DNA from: Paraspadella gotoi
Taxonomy: Eukaryota; Animalia; Chaetognatha
Direction: 5' to 3'
DNA length: 64,000 bases
Assembly (NCBI GenBank): GCA_051294375.1
Contig: CM119265.1
Coordinates: forward strand, 11,223,818-11,287,817
A model generated the notes under the pieces. The model was given only the letters and a program-made list of their open reading frames with translations, was not told where the DNA came from and searched no databases. Position 1 is the first letter of the stretch; each line of letters begins with the position of its first letter. The position numbers were made by a program, and so were the translations under genes. Below, one piece after another: positions 1 to 21,884 of the stretch.

Positions 1-1924
1 CTTTTTTTTCGATCAAGTCCTCATTAGATAACCTCTATAACCAGTTTTAAATACGGCCCGGATTGCGCTTAAAATCGGCTTTACCGTGCGATAAACGGAC
101 TTCATTCGTATTTGCATGATAATTTAATAGACTAAATTTTAGTCCGCGCGTCTACCTGAAACAGATAGTATAAACAATACAGTTTCTTTCGATGTGTTTA
201 GAAAAAAAAAAAAAATGAAGGCTTGACTATGCAGTTTTCACCTAAAAACCAGTTCATTTGATTGCTTTATCAAGCATTAAAGATTGCAAAATTTAAACTT
301 TTCTTTTTTTTATTGTGTAGAGAAGACAAAAGGCTATCCGAAACCGTACTGATATGTATGATTTGTTCTATTTTCCAAAAGATCAAACAGGCTTTTGGGA
401 AAAGGGAAAAAACGGCCTGACCAGTCAATTTAAATACCATTTTTGGGATGATAAAATGGAAATTTCGATCGCGCTCTACCTCCGTTGGCTTCCCAAGACG
501 CCAAGCTTTCAGAATCTGCCCATATTGTTATAATTTTTTTGGGCCGGTGACTTATGCGAGTTAATGTGATAGAGTGAGGATATTAGAGGATTCTGATTCG
601 GAACTTCGATTCGAACGATGCGCAGCCCTAATTCATTATGTAGTATAATTTCTTGAGAGCATGAACACAAATTATCATTAATAATAATTCTCTTGCCAGA
701 TCATTGTTCTTTTCCAATTTTTTTTCAAAGATTAAATTTTTATTTTCTATAAGTTTCTATAAGATGGAAAGGGCGGTCTTGTGACAGTGAAAAAGTTTTT
801 GACATTCTGATTGCTGAGACACATAATTTAATGTCTATATTTGCAAGATAAACCCAAATTTTTTTATCATTTCATTCTTTCATTTCTTTCAAATACAAAA
901 ATTTCCTTTTTTGAAATTCGATCATGGCATTAATGAGGTGTTTTTAATCATATCAAGAAATGATGCAGATTTATGTACAAATACATTAACAGGTAAATAA
1001 AATAAAACAAAAAAAGAAAACGAAAAAGTTAGGTAATCAAAGCAAGCTGGACTACTGGGAGTTAAAAAATATAAAAAAATCTTAAAAGTATAATGATCTC
1101 GCCGGACGTTACTATCAAAGAAAATTAAAGAAAAAATCTGAAAAAAAAGCATGATTGATGCGATAACAAATTATTAATGTAATAATAATTGATTGATTGA
1201 TGTAATAGTAATTGATTGATTGATGTAGTAATTGATTGATTGATATAATAGTAGTTAATTGATGTAATAGTAATTGATTGTTTGATATAATAGTAATTGA
1301 TTGATTAATGTAATAGTAATTAACTATTTATGCGATGATAACCAATTATTGATGCGATGATAACCAATTATTGATGCGATAATAACAAAAGAATTGATGC
1401 GATGATAACCAAATGATTGATACGATAATAACCAAATGATGGATGCGCTAATAGTCATTCATTGATGCTATGATAATCATTCACTGATGCGATGATAATC
1501 ATTCAATGATGCGATGATAATCATTCAATGATGCGATGATAATCATTCACTGATGCGATGATAATCATTCATTGATGCGAATATAATCATTCATTGATAC
1601 AATGATAATCAATTAATTCATTGATACAATGATAATCATTCATTGATACAATGATAGTCATTTATTGATGCGATGATAATCATTCATCGTAAATAAAACA
1701 AACAAATGCATGTATGAGTGAGACAGTGAAAAAAAGAGAGAGAAAGAGAAAAAGAGATAAAAAGAAGCTGGGATCAAAATTTGAAGTAGCTATAATTAAT
1801 AATTTAGGCACAGTATTTGATCTTTTCATTTCACTCACATTTTAAATCAGTATAAATTGGTATTGCTCTTCTCTCTCGGCGTTTTAACAATGCTTTAGAA
1901 TATTTTCATAACTCGAAATTTTAC

Positions 1925-4192
1925 CTTAACCGGAGTGCCGAGTTCACGCCTCATCCTCTCAGCCAAGACGTGCTTAAAAAGGCCGGACGGAAGATTGGAA
2001 ACTCGTATCTCTAGGTTCTTGCTGCCCAACTCGTCGTTGGCGGCGGGTTTCGACTTCACCGCGGCGGAATCATCGCCACGCGAACTCTTCCGCCGATCGC
2101 CCTTCTGTTTCTCCGCATTTTCGTTGTTTTTCTCGTTGGCCGATGAACCTCGTTTCGGAGGCTCTTTGACCGCGGGGATCTTGGCAGCGTCCTTGCGGGA
2201 GTTCTGAGCGGCGACGCTATTACCCCTCGCATAACTGCCGGGATGCCCGCCGACGCCAGAAAAGTTTCGGGAGAGAGTGGCGAGATTTGCTGCGGCGGGA
2301 CTGTTGTAGTTATGCATGAGGACGCCGACCTGGTTAGCAGGGCCGACGGCGCCGCCGGAGCCGCGACCCCGCCCAGCCGGACCGACGCGGAGCTGCTGCA
2401 GCTTGGCCATGGGGACGTCGCCCAACAGTCCCGGCTGGTTACGCTGATGCTGCATCGCTGTTTCGTTTAACCGTCGCTTCATCTCTATTTCCTGCTGCTG
2501 TCGTCGCATCTCCCACTGACGCTCGGCCTGCTGCTTCTTCTGCTGTTCCGCCATCATGTGCTGTTGCTGCAGATGAAGCTGCCTTTGTTGCTCTTCTTGC
2601 TGCTTTTTCTGTTGATGCAACATTTGCTGCTGCTTCTGAAGCTTTTTCTCCTGCTGCAATAATTCGTTCTGCTTCCTCTGAGCCTCTGCGGTTTCTGCTC
2701 TGTCGCGAGAGTCCCCGTTAAAAATTTCGAGGTTGTCGTTGGCGAGGGCTGCTGCTGAGGCGGCGCCCGAGGCTTTTTCTAACAGTAATAAAATATTGCT
2801 ACAACAAAAATGAAAAAAAAAGATATGAAGCAAAAAAGGCATCCAACCCTCTCACCTTGCTTGTCCTTTTGAACGAGTTTGAGTTTGTACCACTGAACTA
2901 AGAGCATGAAGGAGCTTACAAGTTGCGGCGCCATTTGTGCGAGATGATTCAGATTTCCGGTGTAAAGAAACCGGAGGAAAGTGTTGAAGGTGTCGAGTCC
3001 GACCTACAGTTACAATCATTGTTTTTGGTTAAATATGAGTTTAATGGAATAAGTTTTGATGATCTTACCTCGAAGGGGTGCTCGACTCTAATGCTCAAAT
3101 GACACCTGCCCGTCTTGCAATCACGCGTGTGCTCGTGGGCGCGACGAGCTGTATCAGAAAAGTCGAGATGATAACATAATAAATTAGTAAAGTGTGGCGG
3201 TATATTCACACCGCCTCACGTCCATCATCCTTCAGCCAAATCCATTGGCTCAGAGGGGGAACACACCATCCCAGGCGTAGTGTTCCATCCACAGTCCTTA
3301 CGACTTCCCTCTGCGTTGGCAAAGCGAGACCGTCCTAGGGTAACCGCGCCAGTGACTGAAGGCGTCACTGAGGGTCGGAAGCCCCCAAAGCCAACAGTGA
3401 GATGCCCCATCCCAATGGGCATCACAGGCAACCCGGCTGTTGCCATAAAAGCACAATATTTTCTATACAGGGAGGTCTATCTCGAATTGGACTAACTTGC
3501 AAGTGCTTACAGCTCAAAAACGGTTTATGACAGAAGAAAAGCGAGACTATATTTAAAAATTGAAAGAAAAAACGTCTGGATAATCAAACAGCAACCCCTG
3601 TAATTTACGCTTTTAGCATAGCATGTTATATTTTTTCGCGTTGTTCCGCTAAAATCAAGAAGGTAACTTTTGACCGCGCAGCTTTTCTGACTGCAATCCC
3701 CAAGATTAATGAAAATGTAAGTGAGAGAAGCAGGATGTCTCACGCATCTCCTCCAGAACTTTCTGATAGCGTCAATAATGGCAGAAATAGCAACATTCCC
3801 AATGGGCGCGGGCGTAAAAGCATGCGCAACCTTCTCTGGACACTTGGAGAAGGTCAGGGTTGCCGAAGACAAATATTTTTAATAGATTATGTAGTCAAAA
3901 CAATTTTTTACATGTGTACCAATTTTTATACCATTTTCCTTTTATTTACCATTCCAAACATTTTTTAAAATTTAGCCCCAAAAGAGCTGGACCTCCCTGT
4001 ATTTTTGCATTACAACCACGTTCCTAGCATCGCACCTTCGGAGACGAGCACGGCGAGCATCGGGCTGCGGTGCTCGAGGACGAGAGAATGAGCGTTGAAC
4101 GAGACGTCCGCCGGTCTGAGCAGCACCGACACGTCTGCGGAAGCTTTGCCCTCCAAAAAAAGGGACGAACCAAAGTCCGTCAAAAGCGCCAT
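1925..4192 (-). CDS. BTB/POZ-domain protein with polyQ/low-complexity region and RRM-like C-terminus (spliced; 3' end uncertain)
   Basis: GT-AG exons in consistent phase: 4192-4036 (MALLTDF...ADVSFNAHSLVLEHRSPML), 3148-3069, 3003-2856 (VGLDTFNTFLRFLYTG), 2778-1925 (Q-rich, GRGRG, ending NLEIRVSNLP...PVK|gt). F-x-AH-x-x-VL-x-x-RS and FL-x-FLYTG are BTB hallmarks. A probable further exon lies at 515-480 (ILKAWRLGKPTE). Confidence 0.75.
3193..3447 (+). mobile_element. 255-bp GC-rich hairpin-chain element, copy 1 (TSD AAAG), in intron 1 of the BTB gene
   Basis: Near-identical to 20123-20377 and to the reverse complement of 20659-20920. Ends TGTGGC...GCCATA, flanked by a 4-bp direct repeat. Confidence 0.85.
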
Positions 4193-4835
4193 CTTTTGTC
4201 TCCGTTTAAGAGAGAGTCGAAGGCGAAAAAGAACCAAAAAAAAAGCGCGCGCGGGGACCGACCCGTGACAGAGTGAAAAAGTGAATCACGTTCGTACTAA
4301 GTTGCATGGAGCGTTGATCCCGATTGTTTTCTTCGAGGCGACGAGCGATTTTAAAGCAAAGAAAAGGCCGAGCGACGCTTATAAAAGGCAAAAGGATTCA
4401 AAGGAATCTATGGCAGAAGAAGAGGAAGAGTCGAACCACGCGCGCGCAACTTGAAATAAAAAGAGATGTTTTTGATTGGAAGGTAAAGAGATCAAGTTTA
4501 ATGCGAAGTTCGTTTTAGTGTATAATATAAAGTATTAACGATAAAAATTAAACAACACATTCGTAAGTATCACTCGTTCAAACACGTCAAACGAAAAACA
4601 GTTTTTAAGCCATTACTAATAAAAAGCGCATCACGCGTAAAAACAAATAAACGCACGGCGTGTTCCGCTAAAATTGTTTTTTTTTTTAAATATCGAAAAA
4701 GACAGTCAGGAATTAAACAAGTTTGTCATGAGATTTCTTTTTCAAGTTCCAGTCAAGTTTTTTTTTCACAGATTTTGGTTAGACGCGGAAAGGAAGCTTA
4801 GGCGCTTCGCTGGACGGGTCAGTTGCCGGAGCGGG

Positions 4836-15216
<10,381 letters not shown>

Positions 15217-16313
15217 TTTTTTATCGTTGGGAGGCACGGCGATGAACAAATAAAAAAAAGTTTATTCGCGGCGGAATTAACAGAACAATAACAAGTTTTC
15301 CTGAAATATCGAAAATGCAATGCTCTTGGATGGTTAAAAAAACACGGGATAGAATTTTTATCTTGCTTTCAGTTTCTCAAATTTATAATATAAGTATAAA
15401 ATTTTAAAGTCACACCAAAACAGTAATAAAACAAAGAAATATTAACTTTTTTTTCTACTAGCGAAGCTACCATGTCCCACGCGTTGGAGGGGAAGGGATG
15501 AAGCTGGGGAAAAGTAGATTCTACAAGACGTCAACAATAATCACCTTTCCAGCAAAAATGTGACCTAATTAACGTGGATCACCTATAAAATAATGTGCGA
15601 AAATAATAATAACCGAAAGAAATCAAATAAATTTCTACTAAATTAAAAATTAGCGCCTAATTAAGCCGTACGTTTCCTTTATTTTTTTTCAATGAAATCT
15701 TTAAAAATGATCCTGATCTGTACTAAAACGGAGTCTGAATACGAACTGAGATGTAAAACCGAAACGAGGGTCGTCTAACGGCGGAGTGTCGAGATTAAGT
15801 ATAATTATCACTTTCTGTTTTCCGTGTAAAAAAATTTGCGAATTGACTAGAACAAAAAGTGTCGCTAAACGCAGAGTAAAACGAGGAAAAATATTAAACT
15901 GGAGATGTTGAAAAAATGTATATAGTTGCTGTACAATTTCTTTAAACTTTGCAAAAACGCTTGGGCAGGTAAAGTTTTAGGGAGTGTAAATTAAGAAAAA
16001 AATAGCTAACGGGTAGGTCCTTCAAAGTTAAAAAAAAATAAGAACTAGTAAACTTTCCAACGGAAATGCTAATGTTCTACAGGTTAAAAATATCAAAGGA
16101 ATGTCAGAGAAGTGAGTAAATAATTAAAACGATATAACGAGCCGCGTTTTACTTTCCAACATTTTTTTCCAGGATGGCTCACGCCGAAATGTTTTAGTCG
16201 AGTGTGAAGTCATTTTTCAGGCACGGTTAATCCAGCGACGCTTCCGCAGCGCAAGAAAAATTTGCGCAAAACTGAACGAAGCTCCATCTTTATGTCGTAA
16301 ACGATGACCTATT

Positions 16314-17677
16314 AAACAAGTTTGAGCAAACAATGTCGGATCTGCCCACGATCATTACATTAGCGGTAATTAATTAATTAATTAATACAAACTATATAAA
16401 CTAAAATAATAATTTAATTAATAAATTAATTGATTAAATAATTAATTATTTAAAAATAAATTGATTATTGAATAATTAATTAATAGATAACTAAATAAAT
16501 TGATTATTTATTAATTAATTGACTAATTGATTAACTGATTAATTGTTTGATTAATTAATACATCTTGCATTTACATTTAATAGAAAAAGAAACAATCTAT
16601 TAGTGAAACAGGTTTTTTGTTTTTTTCCATTTAAACTCATTTCCACTAAGACGATTCCATCGAAACTTGATTTCCAGCTTAATCACACATTTTCCTACCC
16701 ACATACAATATTTTAAGTCAATCGCCCCATCCACTCATGAGTAATAAGGCGTAGTAAAATTTCTAAATTTAACTTAAATTAAAATTCTATAAGTGAGGAA
16801 CGAACAACATTATATTAATGAACATTTATGTAATAAAAAAATTTATAATAAGTTTTACAATTTACGCAGTAGGCCATATTTATACAAGTATTAAACCAAT
16901 AAATGTTAAAATTTCAAAACAGTTTTTTCTAAGATTTTTTTGCAGATTTGGATTCGTCATAAAAAGTTGATAGAAAGAAATATAATTCTTTTTGAAAAAT
17001 TCCTTCATTAAGTGGGTCAAAAATTAGAAAAAGCTATATTTTAAGCTGAAAATTAACTTTTTATATATTAAATATAGTTTTTTTCATTTTTAACCCACTT
17101 AATGAAAGAATTTTTAAAAATGATTTATATTTTCTTCTATCAACTTTTGATGAGGAATTCAAATCTGCAATCAAAATTAAGAAAAGCTTATTTTGAAATT
17201 TTTCGATTTTATAAGGATAGTACTATATATAAATATAGCCTACTGCGAAAATTAAAAAACAATTTTTTTTACAAATTAATGTTCACTGATGGTATGTTGT
17301 TCATAATTGACTTTTAGAATTTTTGTATGTAACTTTCACTACGCCTTAATGAGTAATTGACATTCAAATAATGAAATATATTTTTTGTTTTTCCATTTAA
17401 ACTAATTACCACTCGCACAATTCCATCAAAACTTCATATCCAGCTAAATCACACACTTCCCTACCCACACACAAAATTTCATTCCAATCCATCCCTCCAA
17501 TCACGAGAAAAGGAGTTTTTGGCTAAGGTGGGATGGACATAGTTTTTTTTGGCTTAATTTATCATAATTCGATGTTCTGACATGATATAAATGAATGCCC
17601 GACAAGATTGAGGGGGCGGACCGACAAACCGAAAAAGTGAATTATAGAGTAGGGATCTGCTTATCGATCCGACTAAA
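16314..17677 (-). mobile_element. DINE-1/Helentron-like non-autonomous element (HINE) with a nested hAT MITE
   Basis: Same termini as 57941-59369 in reverse orientation (aacaagtttgagcaaacaatgtcggatctgc ... gatccgactaaaa). Confidence 0.7.
16745..17348. mobile_element. hAT-type MITE (about 600 bp)
   Basis: TIRs TAAGGCGTAGT...ACTACGCCTTA with 8-bp TSD ATGAGTAA. Other copies at 34759-35362 (TSD ATATTTAT), about 7417-7800 (TTGACCAA), about 27800-28035, 34350-34685 and 36592-36857. Confidence 0.85.
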
Positions 17678-17809
17678 AAAAAAAATCATCTCATTTAATT
17701 TCGTGTACCAGCAAAACTTTAAATTCTAAAACTGGTTCATTTCAAATGAGAGAGAGTTCTTTAATCTCATTTTAGAACCAAATTCCTATAGTCGATCCCA
17801 AACCTTTTT

Positions 17810-17909
17810 NNNNNNNNNNNNNNNNNNNNNNNNNNNNNNNNNNNNNNNNNNNNNNNNNNNNNNNNNNNNNNNNNNNNNNNNNNNNNNNNNNNNNNNNNNN
17901 NNNNNNNNN
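17810..17909. other. 100-N scaffold gap
   Basis: Run of exactly 100 N, a typical placeholder for a join of unknown size. Confidence 0.95.
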
Positions 17910-18649
17910 GACGACGACTAAGTCTAAGCAAAAAACATAAAATGCAGAGAAAAAAAAACAGTTAATTAAATAAGAATTAATTAATTAAAATTTAAACAAT
18001 TAAATTGTTCTCTAGTTGTAAAAAATGGAACAAGTTTCTGAAAGAACAGTATTTTCATGTATATATCTTTGAGATAAAGGTTTCTTACGATTATTAAAAA
18101 TTGTAGATAGGTCGTGGTATCCAAACATACTCCTAAGTTCTCTCACACTTTACCATCGATTATATCCAAAATCTTTCGTACACCATCATTTACAGCAACA
18201 TTAAGTCTATTCATATTAACGTACAGAAAAAGTTTTTACTTCACAACCATAAAGGGGAACCGGAACACAGTTAGTATAATAACAATTTCATCAAATATTC
18301 CTCTGAAGGTTTTAACAAGGCATTTATAACTAGACATCGATGATGACAAGCTGAATATATATTATAATTAATTATTAAAATTAATTATCGTAGGCAGATC
18401 CGACATTGTTTGCTCATACTTGTTTGTTTATAAATTAATGTTCTTTTCTCAAATTTTATTTTTTTTAGTATCAAAATTTGTCGTCAATCTAGATTTTTCT
18501 TATGCGATTGCGACGAACCTTATGCTTTTAAGATTTTATTATTGATATAATGTCATAAATTTATCATAAATAAGATTAAGTAAATAATAATCAGAGGAGG
18601 ATTTAGCCTGCCGTCCAATTCTCTTCTTCTTCTTCTTTCCTCCTCCTAG

Positions 18650-19165
18650 TTTAGGGTTAGGATTGAGTTAAGTTAATTTTAGGGTTAATGTCAATTTTAG
18701 GGTTAGGGGTAGGGGAGGGTGTTGTTGATGAACAGGAGGCTCGAGTTAGGGTTAGGGAAGGTACTGGCGAGGGACATTAGGGATTAGGGTTGAAGCATGA
18801 AGATGTTCAGGAGGCCTGGGCCTGGGTTAGAGAAGCACAGAGTTGAATGGGAGGCTAGGGTTAGGGTTGGGAGAAAGGCCCGTGGATGATGTGTCGAAGG
18901 TGTTTAGGGTTAGGGAGGCACGGAGATGTACAGGAGGCCCGGGTTAGGGGAGAGGCATGGAGTTGAACTGGAGGCCCGAGTTAGGGTTGTGGGAGGGGCC
19001 CGTGGTTGACTCGTCAAAGGTGGTTACTGGTTAGGGTTAGGATTGAGGCATTGAGATGTATGGAAGCCTGGGTTAGGGTTAGGGGAGAGGCTGTGAGTTG
19101 AACGGGTGGCCCGGTTTAGGGTTAGGGGAGGGACCCGTGGTTGACGCATCGAAGGCGGTTAGGGA
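18650..19165 (+). repeat. Degenerate TTAGGG-rich minisatellite (G4-prone)
   Basis: Repeated GGGTTAGGGTT cores separated by gaggc/agttgaac spacers. Confidence 0.7.
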
Positions 19166-19562
19166 TATATAGGAAGCCTGGGTGAGTGTTGGGGGAGGAG
19201 CCTGTGGGTGATGCGTTCATCACCGTGTCTCAAAATCAGCTGCGAGCCTCTCCTCTAACTCGCGCCTTTTATTATATTCGCTGCTTTTATCACTGGCGAG
19301 GTCGCCAGGACCCTGGCTAGTGGCGATATCGCCAACCAACTAGAACCACACCTGCGACTCATGCGTGAATCGCCGGCGACATCGCTATTTAATGAACTAC
19401 AACTTAGGTTAATGATATGCGCCAATGTGGGGACTACAGTTAAGTAATGTAAAAGAAGTCGCAGCCAGTCTTGGTCTTGATATATTCTAATTTTAATAAT
19501 TTTTATAAATTGCTGCGACCAATCTCTTAAAATCTAACCTCATATCCATTGATCTGCTTAAG

Positions 19563-20075
19563 GCGAGATGCTTGGCGTGATGCAGACGGCAGGCGGTCCT
19601 CCGTCGACGCCGACCCAACACGAGGAACAAGGGATGTACCGTTTTCTCTCTTCGCCGCAACTGTTTAGCTTGCTGGACTGTCTCGCCGCCTCCCACGCTT
19701 TCGCCAAACGGTTCAACGGCGACCAGGACCAGCGGACTCTTCTGTGGCGCGCGGGCTTCAAGGGGAAGGCGAGGCCCAACCTTCTCAAGCAGGAGACGCA
19801 GAGCCTCGCCTGCTCTTTGAGAATCTTGTTCAGGATGTACAGCGACGACTCGAGGCGGGACTGTTGGCCACAGGTTGGAGTCTGGTGGCCACTAGTTGAC
19901 AAATTGTCCGTCCGGTGTTGACTCGGATTTTTTTTTGCGTTTTCCCTCTCAGGTTCAAGATCGCTTGATTCTCGTTGGAAAAGACTTGCTCGGTTATTTC
20001 TTGTCGCTCACCTCCGACTCGCACAGGGAAGCTTGGTCCAATCTGCTCCTGCTCTTTCTGACCCGCGTGTTAAAG
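19563..20075 (+). CDS. ARFGEF1: BIG1/BIG2-type Arf-GEF, block D (near-C-terminal exons 19563-19873, 19953-20075)
   Basis: [23 protein letters not shown]...[37 protein letters not shown]; [21 protein letters not shown]. These motifs match the BIG1/BIG2 C-terminus as I recall it. GT-AG sites are intact. The terminal exon was not found in the window. ARFGEF1 versus ARFGEF2 cannot be resolved. Confidence 0.9.
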
Positions 20076-20122
20076 GTAAGTGAAATCATATAGAGAAGGC
20101 TTCATATTATAAAATGTGGTAC

Positions 20123-20377
20123 TGTGGCGGTATATTCACACCGCCTCACGTCCACCATCCGTCAGCCAAATCCATTGGCTCAGAGGGGGAACACACCATC
20201 CCAGGCGTAGTGTTCCATCCACAGTCCTAACGACTTCCCTCTGCGTTGGCAAAGCGAGACCGTCCTAGGGTAACCGTGCCAGTGACTGGAGGCGTCACTG
20301 AGGGTCGGAAGCCCCCAAAGCCAACAGTGAGATGCCCCATCCCAATGGGCATCACAGGCAACCCGGCTGTTGCCATA
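20123..20377 (+). mobile_element. 255-bp hairpin-chain element, copy 2 (TSD GTAC)
   Basis: gtac|TGTGGCGG...TTGCCATA|gtac. Confidence 0.85.
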
Positions 20378-20658
20378 GTACCACTTTTTTGTTACCAGAA
20401 CACATTCCGAGGAAATTACTGGACCAAATTTATTGAAATTTAGTATGAACGATCCCTATGTGAATATAAATAGAACTATCGAGGCGAATTTCAATATTTG
20501 ACCTCTGAGCCAAGATATGGGGCCCCAGAGGGGTCACCATTAGGGGCAATAAATGGTCAAAAAATTTTTTAAATTTTTTCCATTTTTGTTTTGGACAGTT
20601 GCATAGACGTTTACTTTTCCACAAAAACATATTAATTACCACAGAAATATTAGTTTAC

Positions 20659-20920
20659 TATGGCAACAGCCGGGTTGCCTGTGATGCCCATTGGGATTGG
20701 GCAATGGGCATCTCACTGTTGGCTTTGGGGGCTTCCGACCCTCAGTGACGCATCCAGTCACTGGCGCGGTTACCCTAGGACGGTCTCGCTTTGCCAACGC
20801 AGAGGGAAGTCGTTAGGACTGTGGATGGAACACTACGCCTGGGATGGTGTGTTCCCCCTCTGAGCCAATGGATTTGGCTGACGGATGGTGGACGTGAGGC
20901 GGTGTGAATATACCGCCACA
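20659..20920 (-). mobile_element. Hairpin-chain element, copy 3, inverted (TSD TTAC)
   Basis: ttac|TATGGCAA...CCGCCACA|ttac, with a 7-nt insertion in one loop. Confidence 0.85.
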
Positions 20921-21766
20921 TTACCTTAATTTTCAGCTTCATGAACATCAGCAGTTCAAGTCAGTTTTGGAATAATTTAGGAAAATTGGAAGTAAAATGA
21001 TGAAACTTTTCTTAATTATTGAAAATATTTCAATTTAGTTTTAAAATGTTTTTTTTATATGCCACTAAAACAAGTTTGAGCAAACAATGTCGGATCTGCC
21101 TACAAAAATTAATTAATTAATTAATCGATTAATTAATTAATTAATTTTCATATTTAATAATTAATTATAAATTTATATACAGCTTATCATCATCGATGTC
21201 CTTAAAATAAAGTAAATGTGACTTATATTTTTTCCATTTAAACTCATTTCCACTGGCACAATTCCGTCAAAACTTTATATCTAGCTTCACACACTTTCCT
21301 TCCCGCTCACAAAATTTTATCTCAATCTATTATGGGTTAAAATAAGTAAAAAGAGTCAAGTAAATGTGACTCATATTTTTTTTCATTTAAACTTATTTCC
21401 ACTCGTACCAAAACTTTATATCAAGCTTCGTCACACATTTTCCTACCCACACACAAGATTTGAACAGAATCTATCCATCCAATTATATATGCGATTTTAT
21501 TCGAATACAACGAGATTGATTCAGTACAATCATCATCAACAAACAAACAAACAAATCACACACTTCCCTACCCACACACAAAATTTCATTCCAATCCATC
21601 CATCCAATCACGAGTAATTGGTGTTTTTTGTTAAGGTGGGACGGACGGATGGACGGACATTTTTTTGCATAATTTATCATTGTTTTTTTTCCTTTCTGTT
21701 TCGTTGTGATTTGATTTAGAACAAAGTTTGAAGAGAGATTTAACAACGATTTTTATTTCATAGTGA

Positions 21767-21808
21767 AACGGACATGTTTCGACTCACATACGAGTCTTCT
21801 TCAGCGCC
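21767..21808 (-). ncRNA. Minimal type I hammerhead ribozyme (PLE pLTR)
   Basis: ggcg CTGAAGA a GACTC gtatgt GAGTC GAAAC AT GTC cgtt. Confidence 0.8.
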
Positions 21809-21844
21809 AATTCAATTTGTGAATTTGAAGAGAATTTTGTGCAT

Positions 21845-21884
<40 letters not shown>

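Noticed and set aside
1330-1690. Regular repeats of about 20 bp (GATGCGATGATAATCATTCA), also at 26750-26870, 51820-51990 and 60700-60800, as a CRISPR-like array
   Set aside because: Tandem units without unique spacers, inside HINE elements, in eukaryotic DNA with no cas genes.
3525-3872. 115-aa minus-strand ORF inside intron 1 of the BTB gene
   Set aside because: Exons 1 and 2 already join in phase to give a continuous BTB domain; no recognisable motif.
15700-16310. Possible small + strand exons divergent from the GMPR promoter (e.g. ag|16084-16111|gtgagt; ARLIQRRFR IQ-like)
   Set aside because: I could not assemble a coherent ORF or recognise a product; RNA-seq is needed.
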